DNA from: Felis catus
Taxonomy: Eukaryota
Direction of reading: 5' to 3'
Assembly: GCF_018350175.1 (NCBI RefSeq)
Contig: NC_058382.1
Coordinates: 54,190,001-54,254,000 of the forward strand
DNA length: 64,000 bases
Shown here: piece after piece, positions 25,222-37,610 of the stretch
How the letters are laid out: every line of letters begins with the position of its first letter
How positions within the stretch are numbered: the stretch's first letter is position 1
The notes under the pieces: generated by a model
Database searches by the model: none
What the model saw: only the letters and a program-made list of their open reading frames with translations
What the model was told of the DNA's origin: nothing
Made by a program: the position numbers and the translations under genes

Positions 25222-25365
25222 CACTGCGCTGCAGGATGCCATCTCCTTGACCCGCAACATGACCTCCTGGCTGAACGTGGTTGGCCAGAAGACCTGGGAC
25301 ACGAGTCCCCTGCTGCACGCCTCCTGGGCAGTGAGCTTCCGTCCACAGAAGAGCATCTCATTGGC
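25222..25365 (-). CDS. CDYL2: CDYL2 coding exon 6
   Basis: Translates ANEMLFCGRKLTAQEACSRGLVSQVFWPTTFSQEVMLRVKEMASCSAV; TTTTTTCAG acceptor, GTGAGT donor; 144 nt, phase 0/0. Confidence 0.97.
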
Positions 25366-28300
25366 CTGAAAAAAGCAAAGGCAAAGGGAAGGCTGAGAGC
25401 CCAGAGTGCCTCCCACATCTGCTAGCGAGGCCTGGGCTTGACACGCACAACTGTCCCGGCTCCCGAAGGCAGGGTCATCATCAGCTGGGAGGGTCAGATA
25501 AGCTTTGGGAACTGCTTGAAGACATCTGTGTCTGTGCACATGCTTCTGATCAGGGGGTCCACAGCTTTCTTTAAATTCCCAAAAGAAGCCACGTACCTAC
25601 TGTGGGTCCGTCTGCCTGACACCCCTCCCCACGTCTGGAGGCGGACCCACAGCAGTGGGCTTGCACCTTGGGCTGCGTCCATTTCGGTGCCGAACACATA
25701 TCCACCCTATGCGATAAAGCCCTAAGCTGGAGGTGAGGGGGAAGAATCTTTCTCCTTGCCTGGTCGATGCTCAAGTCAAAGAGCCCAGGGCCACCCCCTG
25801 CCGTGTCCCCACTCTTTGGAGAAGTGGGTCCACCAAGAAAGAAAGGATGGAGAACAAGAGTCTTGACTGGGCTGGGATTCCTGGACCCCAGCGATAGGCT
25901 CCGCCTCTGGATACGCAAGTTATGACAACCACTGTGTTCTTTTTCCTTCCCCTTTAAACCAGTTAAAGTGCTTCCATCACCGGCAGCCAAAAAGGTCCTA
26001 AATAATACCCTAATACTAAAGCAGAGAGGTGCGTCTCTCCCAGTGGCCCAGGGCTGTGCCCACTTGTGAAGAGCCAAAAGCACCCTCCCCGCCCCACCTC
26101 CCCCTGCCCACTCGCCTTCTGTGGTTTCCTTTTGAACCCCACTCCTCAAAGAATTTCCTCTTGCTTCGTAGTTCACAGCTGCCGTACCTGTTCTGGGAGG
26201 AGCCTAATGGAGGGGGTCCCAGGCACCGACAGCACAGTGCACCCACCACTGCGACTTCCCAAGTGACTCTCCCGCTGATAACTAGGATGGAAGGGCTACC
26301 GCCAGGTGACGGGGTCCCTATCTCCTTCAGGATAAATCCCCGCCGCCTGCACGCAGCACACAATCCCTTCCCTGACCGGCCATCCATCTGCCTGCCCCCT
26401 GCATGCTTAGCCGCTCTCGGATCGATGCTCACATGCCAGGTTCTCTCAGCTGCTGGATCTACATGTGTGTTTTTCCCTTTGTTGCAGTTGTCACTGATGG
26501 GTCATGATGACCCAGAGGACCATCTTTATGCCGGGGTAGAGAAATTTATCAGGCCGGTAACGAGCCTACAGCTTGCATCTGGTTAGAGGTCTGAAGACAA
26601 ATATATGTCATTATACTTATTTAGAAACACCTCTGTCTCAGGAAGGGGAAACGAAAGCGAGGAACTCAATAGAAGGAGCCAAACAGGACATGGTCGGCAA
26701 GAACACGTCTCAGTCAGCAACATTCTTGGAGTTTCAGAAATGGTTGAAATAAAAGAGAGACAGAAAGAGATAAGGCTGTACAGTGTTCACATTTTTGCAA
26801 CCACAGAGGACGGGGAGGAACAGGAGTGGCACCGAGTTCGGGCAGAGCACAGTGGCCGAGATCAAAAGGGAAAGTGTTTGCTTCCTGGGCTCCCCGCCTG
26901 CCTCATTTTTCTGCCACTGCTGAGACCGTGAGCAGCCTCGAGCAGGCCCCAAGGTCCTGAATCCGAATGGCCTTACCGACCCCCTGCTGGCCCTGCTCTG
27001 TGGACGGGGTGGTGCCGTGGGCATGGGCTGTCGGGGGTCTCCACTGATCTCGTACTTGCTCCTCCTCTCTCATGCCACCATCAGAGAGTGACGAGCCCAC
27101 ACTGAAGGCGTACAACGGGGGTGCCCATTCTTGCAGACTCACTCGGGGGGTGTCCCCTCTGGGGGCCTTCCCTAACCACCTCTGAACCTCACCACAGTAG
27201 AGCAGTGTGGACGCTTATGAGTCTCTTCCCTTCCCAGGAAGGAAAGCCAAGGTTAACGGGACCGGGGCAGAAGGAAGGATGGGCCGCAGATCAGACACCC
27301 CTGCTCCGCCTCTGGCTTTGCCCTGTGACCCTATGCAAATCTCTTTGCCTCTCTGAATCTGTTTATTCATCTCTGAAGTGGGTACCAATTACCACCTGTG
27401 AGGATCCAACGAGACAACAGGAGAGCAGGGAAACACCACGCCAGCCACGCATCAGCGCCCACAGACAGGATTATCAGGGACGGAGCCCCCTGGGTTACTC
27501 ATCTTTGCACTTCTAAGCAGGGAGGGCAAAAAGGCCTGGTGCCTTCCGGGAGCTCGTTGAGGTTTGTGGGCTCAAAGAAGGAGCAGCACCTGCTAGGCTA
27601 TCACCCCACTGGCTCAGTTTCTCTGCAGAACGGAGGGCAACAGGACCTACCTTTGCAGGTGCTGAGAAAGAGTGAGTGAGACCATCATGTGGAAAGTGAC
27701 CAGTAAACTAGCCCGCATGTGATGGTGAGCACAAGCTTGGAGAATCCCGCTGGGACAACCCACTCAGTCCCCTGCCATCAAAGTGCCCATGTGGTTCTGG
27801 TGTGTGATGGCAACACAGAGGACACGTTGTGCAGAGTGCAAGCATCAAAGGGACGGCAGGGAGTGCCAAAATGATCGGGCTTCCCTGTGCAGGAGTTCAG
27901 TACCAAGAGCACTTCACTCGGGGCCCCACGAACTCCCGGAGGCAGCTGGCGCCTGAGGGTTTCACCCAAGGACCTCAGCCTGAGGGGAGGCGGCGGGGGG
28001 GGGGGGGGGGGAGACGGAGACTATCTGGAATCCTAAGGATGGAAGAGGCGCGAACCTTGGTCTGCTCAGCAGGTGGTGGCCACACTGAGCCCACAAGGCC
28101 TCGGAAGTCACATGGGAGTTAACCTTTCCGAGTTGTGGGATGTGAACATCAAGGCCAGAGACCAAACACGAGAAGGAACCAGAAGGCCTGGGTCATTCAA
28201 ACCTTTTGCTCCTTGCCAAAGGGCTCCCACTCAAACCAGAAGACCCCCCCCAAAGGCTTTGTGAGAGACAAACAGATTACCGGAGGGTCAAGAAGAAGCC

Positions 28301-28659
28301 GGGAACGGAGAGAATGGAGGAAAGAGTTTCCAGGAGCATCTGTCACAGGCAGAGCAAGCAGACAATGTCAGGGGTGACCACAGGCCCACCACGCTCAACT
28401 AACACGAGGTCACAGGTGTTCCATGCAAGGGAATGTGGCCAGTTTTTTCTCCAGTATCAGACAAGAAAGAGCACCTACACCTGCATATGTGGGTGCTGGG
28501 ACTTTCCAGAACTGGTCTGGAGGTCCTTCTTGGAGGGACAAGCCATTAGGAGGAGACTCAAGTTGATTTCAGACAATAGGGTCTTGGTCAAACAAACACC
28601 ACACACACACACACACACCCCTGCCCCCAATTTCAGACTCACTCCTCGGAGGCGGGTCC

Positions 28660-28905
28660 TCCTTTGGGACACGCTGGTTAAGAGCGCAGACTCTGAAGCC
28701 AGACAGTTTGTGGCTCAGATGCCACGACCGCCCCTCCCACTGTGTGACCCTGCACAATTCACCCTCCCCGAGCCTCAGCCTCCAATCTGTCAAGTAGGGA
28801 TGACAACAGCCCTACCTTACAGGGTTGTGGGAGGATGGACTGAGTTAGCAGCCATCAAGCACTGGCCACGGTAAGTGCTTTCCAAGTGTTAGCTGTTATT
28901 ATTAC
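28660..28905. mobile_element. MIR element
   Basis: ggttaagagcgcagactctgaagccagac...ctgtgtgaccctg...gagcctcagcctccaatctgt...acctacagggttgtgggaggat...taagtgct...gttagctgttattatt. Confidence 0.75.
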
Positions 28906-29084
28906 CGGCCCCTGACCACACCTGCTTCTGGCTATTGGCGCAGAATCTGTCCGCAGCCTGCAGTGAACGCCACCACTCACTCAGACACCCGTCTGCCTGT
29001 TGACACGGGACTCAGTAGGTTCCTTAACGTCTCCAGTTCAGCTTGCCATCTGTGTGATGGAAACCGCAACACAGGTTCTCCAGG

Positions 29085-29432
29085 TGGAACTTGCCGTGTG
29101 ATCCCCCAAAATCCCTTCCTGCTTCTGGGACATGCAGCAAAACTACATTTCCCAGCCTCTCTTGCAGGTAGGTGTGGCCACGCCACGGAACCCTGGCCCC
29201 TGAAAAGTGAGCAGGGACGAAGATGCCCTTTGCAGCCAGGCCCCTGAAAATGCCCAGCCTCTCTCTTCACATCCACTGGCCAAAGCGGAGGTACATCTAC
29301 CAGATGGAAGATGCCTGGGCCCCCAGTCAGTGTGGACGTCTGGACTACAGCAAGAGGGAGAGAGAAGTTTTTGTTGTTTGGACCCTAGGATTGTGGGATC
29401 GTTTGTTACAGCACACAGTCCATTCTGATACG
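29085..29432 (+). mobile_element. MLT1-type MaLR LTR
   Basis: aaactacatttcccagcctctcttgcaggtaggtgtggccac...tttgttacagcac...ctgatac. Confidence 0.7.
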
Positions 29433-29865
29433 GGATCTTATCAGGCTGTTGAGAGGAATAAATGAAAAAAATGGATGCAAAGTGCTTGAACTTAGTTCAG
29501 TTCGCTCAGACGACTTCGTGCTTTAACTAGTTAAGTGCTTATTATGTGAACTGACTGAATCGAGTTAACTCGGTTACATAAACAAAGTGTGTGTTTGGTA
29601 AGCAAACATCGCCATCATCTTCTCTGCCTTGGCCACACCCGCCAGTGCCGTCTGGCACCAGCATGGGAAGGCTCCAAGATCAGCCTGCCCTCCTCCCAGC
29701 TGCTCTGGGGAGGCAGAGGAAGCAGAGACAGTCAGCAGATTCCGCCACGAGGGGCACCCCCGAGGTCCTTATTCATATGAAGGGCCATATCCTAAACCCA
29801 GGACACAGAAGGGGTCTTGTCGGGACCCCAGAGAGGGATCCTGCCCAAGGACCGAGGAGGCTTAC

Positions 29866-30076
29866 CAGTGCGACGCCCAGGATCTGAGGGAAGGTGTATG
29901 AGGAGCAGCCGGCGGGCGTGAGGCGGATGGTGGCATACGGGGTCTGAAACCAGGCCTTCTCGCTGGCCCACACGATGTCGCAGAGGGGCAGGATGGAGGC
30001 ACCGAGGCCCAGGGCAGGCCCGTTGATGGCGACCACGATAGGCTTCTTAAACTGGATAAAGGCCTTCACAAAGTCC
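29866..30076 (-). CDS. CDYL2: CDYL2 coding exon 5
   Basis: Translates DFVKAFIQFKKPIVVAINGPALGLGASILPLCDIVWASEKAWFQTPYATIRLTPAGCSSYTFPQILGVAL, the crotonase/enoyl-CoA hydratase signature region; CAG acceptor, GTAAG donor; 211 nt, completes the split Arg codon from exon 4. Confidence 0.97.
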
Positions 30077-31419
30077 CTGGGAGAAAAGAGAAGACCCTCT
30101 TTAGCAGGCGGCCAGGCTTGCCGAGACCTATTTGACACCCTTGAACCTACCGAGGCTGCGACAAGCTTCCCCAGTGCTGCCTGGCACCCTCCGGTCATCA
30201 GAGGGAAGAGGGTGCAGGCAAGCGTCTCATCCTCCTGGACACTGAGCCACTGAGCTGCAGTCACAGGCCTGGCACACTTGGTGGTTGGTGGCAGGTTTTC
30301 AGAAAGAAATTCATGGGCGTGACCACCTTTCCCAGTTTGTCCAGATGGTCCTAGGTCATGCCCGTTGTCCCAGTACTGCGCTCACTCCCTGGATATTGAC
30401 AAACTGTAAATATCCTAAGGAAGCCAACCTGAACGTCAAGGTTCAGAACCAGAAACACAACACAAAGGAGGCATATGTGAACACAAGGAGAGAAGGAAAG
30501 TTCTGACGGCACTGGCCGAGGGTGGAAAGGCTGATGTTGGGAAGTATGAATCCTCAATATTGGAGGTATTCCAACTTGGCTGGATGATCACTTTGGGTGT
30601 AGAAAGAAAGAAACTCAAGCTTCAGATGGTGGTCACAGGTGAGGACTGATGATATTTAACATTTCTTTCAGTCCTACGATTGTCTGACTCTGAATGGCCC
30701 AAAGGGATGCCAGACTCATCAAGGGCTGATGAGGATCCACACGTTAGGGTGGCTTCGACCAAAAGTGGGGAAAGGACACTGGGCATGGAGACATGAGGCA
30801 TCTGGGATCATGGCTCTGGGATCAGGAGACATTTTATCACCCTGCCCTTCTGCAGTGAGCAAAGTTCCTGCGTGCATCTGTACCTATTAAGCAGAGACAC
30901 CTTTCTCTACTTCCTCTGCCCTAGAATGCCTTTCCCCCTTCCCCTAGCCGCTATATAAGATCTATAAAATGTTAATATTCATCTGGACGTGGAGGAAAGA
31001 TCCAAGATGTCTAGTAAAGCCTGCATCCTTCATTATTCCCAGGTAGAAGACGAGAAACTACCGAGACCTCACAAGAATAAAATCCACACCCCTGACCGTG
31101 ACCTGGGTCTGCTTCTGCTTACCGCTCCAGGCACATCTCGTCTCCCTCGTGCCTGCTCATGATGCGTGAGCTGCACGGGCCTTCTGACAGTTCTTGGGAA
31201 ACACCAGTCTCACAATTTGCAATTATCCTCATCACTTGCTTGATTACTTGTTTTTGGATTCTCCTCCCTCTCCAGCTCCTTACGGAAACCTACAGGTCTG
31301 CCTTGTGCACGGCTTGGTGCCCATACGTACCGGAGTTCACACTCAGCAAATGATTGCCGAACGAACAGAGGAGCAATCTCTGATTGAGACTGAAGATGGG
31401 AGATGTGCGGCAGGGACAC

Positions 31420-31824
31420 ACTAGCTGCTCACCAGACCCGATTTCCCTTCCCTCCTCTTCCCGAGTCTGCTGCTGGAGCACATTTCCCCCTCCCTGGCAG
31501 GTGGCTGTGGCCAAGGAACGAAACGCTGGCCAACGGAATGTGAATGGAAACCATACGCACACTTCCAGCCCGTGCACGGAAACCTCCCGCCATGCGGTCT
31601 GCAAGCCCTCTCACCTTGACAGGCATGGCAGTCTTGGAAGGCACGTGCTGAGCCACAAGATGGAAGGGATCTGTGCTCTTGAGTCACACTTGGAGGACAG
31701 CCATGGGCTGATAAGTAACATCTGTTTCAGGTTCCCATATATAAGAAGTAGATTTCTATCACAACTGAGCCATTACATACATTTGGGGTTCATTCGTTAC
31801 AGCAGCTGATATTTCACTAATACA
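31420..31824 (+). mobile_element. MLT1-type MaLR LTR
   Basis: acatttccccctccctggcaggtggctgtggcca...agccacaagatggaaggg...gagtcacacttggagg...ttcgttacagcagc...ctaataca. Confidence 0.7.
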
Positions 31825-34589
31825 AATGGCTGGCTGATTTATCCTTTCTCAAGGATTAGCATTTCCCCCAATCCTCACCAAGAGATGTGGGCACCACAGT
31901 GATAGATTGGGGTTGGATTCAACTGTGAGAAGACTGTCTCACGACCGATACGTTGCCACGTAAGTCTCACCCTTAATCCAGGCTGGAGGCGTCCCATCTC
32001 CTGACTCCTGAGCAGCGATGTGTGAGTCGAGGGGGGAGTTCTCTCAGCCAGTGCCGGCCCCACTGCAGCTCACCCCCAAAAGGATGCTGCTGCATTCTGG
32101 CACCGTGGCCCTCGGATTCCTGGTTTTCTGGTGGCCCCCTTCCCAGCCTGACTTCCTAACTTCAAGGCTTTAGTCACTGGCCTTAACACGTGATTTCTAC
32201 CAAATGTAATTTGGAGGCTGCACGGTACGTGGGACTTCTTGGCAGGGTCCTTGGAACCACACGGTCCTTGGAACCACAGGGTCTGAGTGATTTGGGGCCA
32301 ACGTTCCACATCTAAACCCCCTCATCCACAATTTCAGGACCTTGCATCTTGGAGCCGGGAAGGAGTTCAGGAAGTCGTCGGGCCAAATCTTCCATTCAGT
32401 GCAGGATTCCCTTCCGGGCATCCTGAGGACGCACCAGACCCCAGCTGCTGTGGAACACTTTGAGTAAAGTTCTTCCCTATCAAGACGCCTCCCCACTGTG
32501 GACCTCTTTCAGGTCCAGTCTGCCCCAATATGCACAGGGCAGCCCTTTGGGAATTCACCTCCGCCCTCACGACCGTACGGAAAGCACACCGCGCTGGAGC
32601 CCAGAACCCTTCCCTCTGCGGTCTCCAACCTGAGCCCTGTGCAGAGGCATTAAGTACCCCGAGGATGGCTAAGGGGACCGAGTATGCCCAGCTCTGCCCC
32701 TGCACCCCCACCCCATCCTGTTCCTGTCCAAGCCACGCGGTGTGTTCCCGTCCTAGATACGAAAATGCAAATGCACAGACCACTCTCCCCATCCTCTTCC
32801 TCTCACTCAGAGGAGATCTCTATCACAAGGGCCCAGTGGACACAGAAGCCAGACAGCAAACAGGATATTGCGTTACAGACACTGCCGCTCAGATATCTGA
32901 TCCTGACTCTGGCAGTGGGACTGGGGGGGTGGGGGTGGGGGTGGGGGTGGGGGGGGATGACATGCCGTCTTCTTTGGCTTCAAGTCCATCTGTTGGGATT
33001 GGGGTTATGCTGACCCCGGCCCCTGCCACTTCCTCCACTGAGCCTGAGCCCTGTGGCCTCTGCCTGTCTGGGTGCTGGGTTCCTGTGGCAGAAACAGCAG
33101 GAACTTTGGGGTCGGGTCTCTACTCTGCCCTTAACTACTCATGAGATGTTGGGCAAGTCACTCACTCTCTGGAACCCCATTTTACTCCTTGTCAAATGGC
33201 AAAGCCAACGGTTTGTCCTCAGAGGGACAAACGTGTCCTGCCTGGCACGCAGGAGCCCTCGGTCACTGCTGCTATTATTACAGTCAGTGCACCTGCCGGG
33301 GAGGGCGGGCGCTGCTCTCGCTCCACTCTCAGCGGTCGGAGATCCGCCCTCCAGGCCCAAAGGAGACTCTGAAGCCATAGTCTGAATGCGGGGATGTCCA
33401 CATTCCACCCAGAGCAACTGGCATTTTCTGCGTGACCCGGTCACCCAGTCCCTTTAACCAGAGCCGAGGAGTGCAGCCCTCCCACTGCCAGTGTTCAGAG
33501 CCAAGTCAGCCAGTACGGGACCTACGCGCACCAGACACACATGGTGACAATCATCCCGGGGCCCCCACAGGGGTGCTCTCGAAGCCCACTCCACAGTCAG
33601 ACCAGGCTCAGCTAGAACTCATGGCCGGACGTTCACAGAACTAGCGATGGAGATAATTCTTTACAGCTGTTGGAAGTACCAACTGCGTGCCAGGCCAGTG
33701 CAAGTTTTTCACACGGGTTATCTGCTTACTCTTAATCCCAGCAACCTGCCAGCAGGCCATCGCATCACCTGCGAGGAGTGCAGGTGAGGGCACCCTCTCT
33801 TTCAGGATGGGGCGGACAGCCTCGTTTGGGTCCTGGACAGAGGCCTGCACCGAATGAATCATCTGAGCCCTTCTCACATCTGCTAGTTCATTCAACAAAC
33901 ATCTGCAGAGTGAACACGGCGTCCTGGGTCATGTGTGCGCGTGTTTTCTCTAGGACACGAGGAGGATGGGGCGGGAGCAGCGCTGGGGGGCGCTGAGGAC
34001 CCGCGGCATGCCGGATCCTGGAGGTCGGCCCAGCCAACAGCACGCATGCCCCCAGAAAACTGCAAGGGACTGTCAGTGGGTTGTAAGGTTCTGGGGCCAA
34101 GATCTGTTCCAGCCATGCTAGATTTGGAAAAAAGTTCTTTCTCAAGAGACTTCTCAGGTTGCAAATACGTTAATATGCCTGGGAAATCTGCAGGCACAGG
34201 GACAGGACTCGCGGCATGGCCTAAACTTAACCACAGTGCCCCTCGCTCAGGATGCTTCTCGGGAAATCCAGAACATTCTCTGGGAAACGCTTCCCTGCTC
34301 CACCGTGTGCCAGACTCTGGAGCGTGGCTGCCGGGGGGAGCACTCCAAAATTGGTGGAGCTGGAGCCTTCCCTCAGGAATCCGGTGACAAAGAGCAGGAC
34401 ACAGTCGCTTTCCGACCCCGTGGGCATTCTTCTCTACAGGGCCGTCCTCTCTGCACCCCATCCACGCCCTTGAAGCTCCTCTCCCACCCTTGTTCCTTCC
34501 AGCACCTTCTCCCTCACCCTCTTCTAACAACCTTTTCCGTTACACAAAAAGAAGGATCTTGTTGTTTCTAGAACTTGCAGTGCTCTCAG

Positions 34590-34800
34590 TCAGTGGTGCA
34601 GAAACCCCTGGGTTAGGGTGCGGTGGGGGTTTCTCCACCCCGGCTGCACAGGAGCACCACTGAGGGAAATTGAAAACCAAAGTTGCGCTGGCCGCACCCC
34701 ACTTTCACTGATGTGGAATCTTCTGGGCTTGCTGGCGAGCCACTGGGTCGTAGAAAAGCTCCCTGCCATTCTCTGTGCTGTTGGGGCTGAGAAGCACTGG
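34590..34800. mobile_element. MER5-like hAT-Charlie fragment
   Basis: ttctccaccccggctgcaca...gggaaattgaaaa...gccgcacccc...aaaagctccc...ggctgagaagcactg. Confidence 0.45.
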
Positions 34801-36105
34801 TCTAGGGGACATCCTCCCCTCCCTCGCCTGGGGTCTCTGCCGGCTCAGAAATTAGGAACGTCCACTCCCTTCCAGCACTGGGAGGGACTCCCTCTGTCAC
34901 CTCCTTTCCACTCTGCCAAGGAGAAACTCCCCTTCCTGACGAGACAGAAAATGTCATAAATCTTACTGACTGCATTTCTTGAGAGGTGAGCGGATGCATT
35001 CTCCCAATTCTCCTCGAATTTGGGACTTCTGGGAATCCAGCTAATGCACCCACTGAAATTCATAAACCACATGATAGCTACCACCAAGGCTTTCCTCAGG
35101 CCACAGAGATGGGAGCCCCGTCTCTGATGGTCCCGTAAATGAAGGAGGCTTACTGGGGTCCCTACTATTCCCCTCACCATGTGACAAGGAAGCTGCTAAA
35201 AGGTACAGCTGAGTCCAAGCAGAGAAAAAACCGCTGTGGACATGGCCAGGACTGTCGGCACCCACGATGCCTGGGAGCATCATGCAACCAGGATGCTCTT
35301 TCTAATAACGTGTTCGGCCTTTCTGTGGTGTCTCTTTGGGCAAGAAATCGGCAACGTGAAGCACACGGGTGTTTTGGAGCAGACTTCACCGGATGCTTCA
35401 CCCTGAAGAAAGGACTCAGAACTTCACCAGTGACAGTGTCTGCACATCAGCTCATGGAGACTATAGCCCCTGGCTATGGGCTCAGAAAAATTAGCCTCCG
35501 TAGGACGCTGCCAGGCACAGTGAGATTAGAGGCCCCAGAAAATCCCTCACATGTGGCCTCGGCCTCCATGACCCCACATAGATGGGTGCCCCTTTCCAAG
35601 ACAGCAGGAGGCATTACTGCACCGTGACTCTGGTTTGAGAATGGCACAAGATGCAGCAAGAGTGAGCCCTTCCCGGGGTGGAGGATGAGTGACGGCCCTT
35701 GCTCGAAAGAACACTCACTTGCTTTTGATCAATCTATGAATAATGGGGAAAAGACGACCTTTCAGTGCTCCCAAAAGAGATACTGATTGTTGGGATCCGA
35801 TGTCAACCCCAGGATCCCAACTTTTATCCCAAAAGCAACAAGAGAGGGAGAGGCACTCCCCACCCCACTGGGTCTGAAGATGCCCAGCTGCCCAGGGTAG
35901 CCCTCCATCCTCTCCCCAGGGCTGAGCCACATCAGCTCCAGGACACAGGAACACCCAGAAAATCCAAGATTTCACCATCAGGCAAAGGGCAGGAGTAGTA
36001 TGGATTCGCACATGGGCATTACCGGATGCTGTGCTTAATTAATATAAGGAAATAAAATCTCTTTTTGAGGGAAACAGTAAGGTGGGATCTAATCTAGACA
36101 GCAGA

Positions 36106-36299
36106 GGCAACCCTAATTTGGGCAGAAAATACAGGATACCCAATTAAAATCTCAAGTTTGGATAAACAACAAAAAAAATTTTTTAGTATAAGTATATCCC
36201 AAATATTGCATAGGATGTACTTATGATAAAAAAATTCTTCGTTGTTTGAAATTCAAATTTTGCTGAGCAGCCTGTATTTTTATGTGCTACATTTAGCAA
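36106..36299. mobile_element. MER53 palindromic hAT MITE
   Basis: aaaatacaggatacccaattaaa...gataaacaac...ttttagtataagtatatccc / ggatgtacttatgataaaa...gttgtttgaaattcaaattt...cctgtatttt; self-complementary and matching the recalled MER53 consensus. Confidence 0.88.
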
Positions 36300-36342
36300 A
36301 AGGAGGCAGGTCCCAAAGTGTCCAAACATGAGCAGAGCTCAC

Positions 36343-36515
36343 CTGATGGCTTCTGCAATCCGGGTACTCTCCTTTCTCCTGTCACTGGACAACCGGCCAA
36401 TTAGGTAGGAGTAATCTAGGCCGCTGCAGAATACGCTGCCCACTGCACTGAGAAGCAGCAGTTTGCTGTCGTCCGTGGCCGCGTTGCACAGCGCTCGCCG
36501 GACCTCCTTCATAAT
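36343..36515 (-). CDS. CDYL2: CDYL2 coding exon 4
   Basis: Translates IMKEVRRALCNAATDDSKLLLLSAVGSVFCSGLDYSYLIGRLSSDRRKESTRIAEAIR, including the crotonase motif FCSGLD; CAG acceptor, GTGAG donor; 173 nt. Confidence 0.97.
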
Positions 36516-36999
36516 CTGCGGGCAGAGATGGATTTGTGGGGATGTTAAGTGTCTACCTATGAGCCAGGGGCCTTCAGACCTCAAGCCTGCCAGAGGCCTC
36601 ACCCCTGAGGGCAGAGCCAAGTACATGTTCTCTTCCTGTGCAGGAAGTCTCCCCTGAATACAAGCCACATCCAGACTAAGCAAAGAAACACCAAAACCGG
36701 AGCTCCCCTGCAGCATCCCCGAAGCCGGCACAGAGTGCTAAGAAGGTGGCAGTGAGGTCACTGGCCACGGGCTGGGAAGCCTGGCTTGGAGCCGTGTAAT
36801 CCCTGGTAAGTCTCTGCAAATCTTCTTCCAGCATTTACACGTTTGGCTCTTTTCAAAGGTGTGGGGAAAAAATTCCTATGAGCAGCCAGGTGAAGTATGT
36901 TAGCCTTCTCTAGGAGGCCAGGTTTAATTATACTCTTGCTTGTCCTTAATTCAACTAAGACTTCTGCATGGCTCGTAGGTGGCACGTGGGAAGAGGGCT

Positions 37000-37610
37000 G
37001 TGGCATCAGAACTCATAAAATTTTCAAGGTGCCAAGGAAAACAACCGTCAAACACAAATTCTGTATCCAGCTAAACTATCATTCAAAAGCAAGGGTAAAA
37101 ATGAGGCATTTTTCAGCAAAAGAATGTTTACCACTCTTAGACCCTCACTGGGAGAATTTAAAAAGGATGCACTTCAGAAAGAAGAAAACTATATTCAGAA
37201 AGAAAAGACTGACATGCAAGGAATAATAACAGCCAGCAAAGAAACATGGTGAATGTGTTGATAAATCAATATAAGAATGACTGTAAAATCATCATACTGA
37301 TATTGACCAACTGAGGGTGAGGGTTTGCACAAGGGTAGAACTGGAGTCCAGGCGATAATATTGTGTCTGATGAGAGAGGAATGACAACCACATGCCAAGG
37401 TTCTATGTCTGGGAGTGGTGGAGAGGTGATGATCACATTTAGGCTTCACTATGTGTTTGTAACTTAAGGATAACTTCTTAAAAGTACATGGATTACAATG
37501 AATGGGGAGGGGGGTAAAATAAAGAAAGCTCAATCACTCAATCCAACAGAAGTCAGGGAAGGAGGGAAAAATCAGTGCAGAAAAGGCATGGTAAGAGAAA
37601 ACAAGGCATG
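37000..37610 (+). mobile_element. Old L1 fragment (ORF1 C-terminus and inter-ORF region)
   Basis: caaacacaaattctgtatccagctaaactatcattcaaa reads Q-x-x-I-L-Y-P-A-K-L-S-F-K, an L1 ORF1p motif, now degraded. Confidence 0.7.

Noticed and set aside
29773..30264. ORF-track extensions of CDYL2 exons (also 25141-25539, 36339-36731, 43831-44235) as stand-alone genes
   Set aside because: CDYL2 similarity stops exactly at the GT/AG boundaries; the flanks are intronic read-through.
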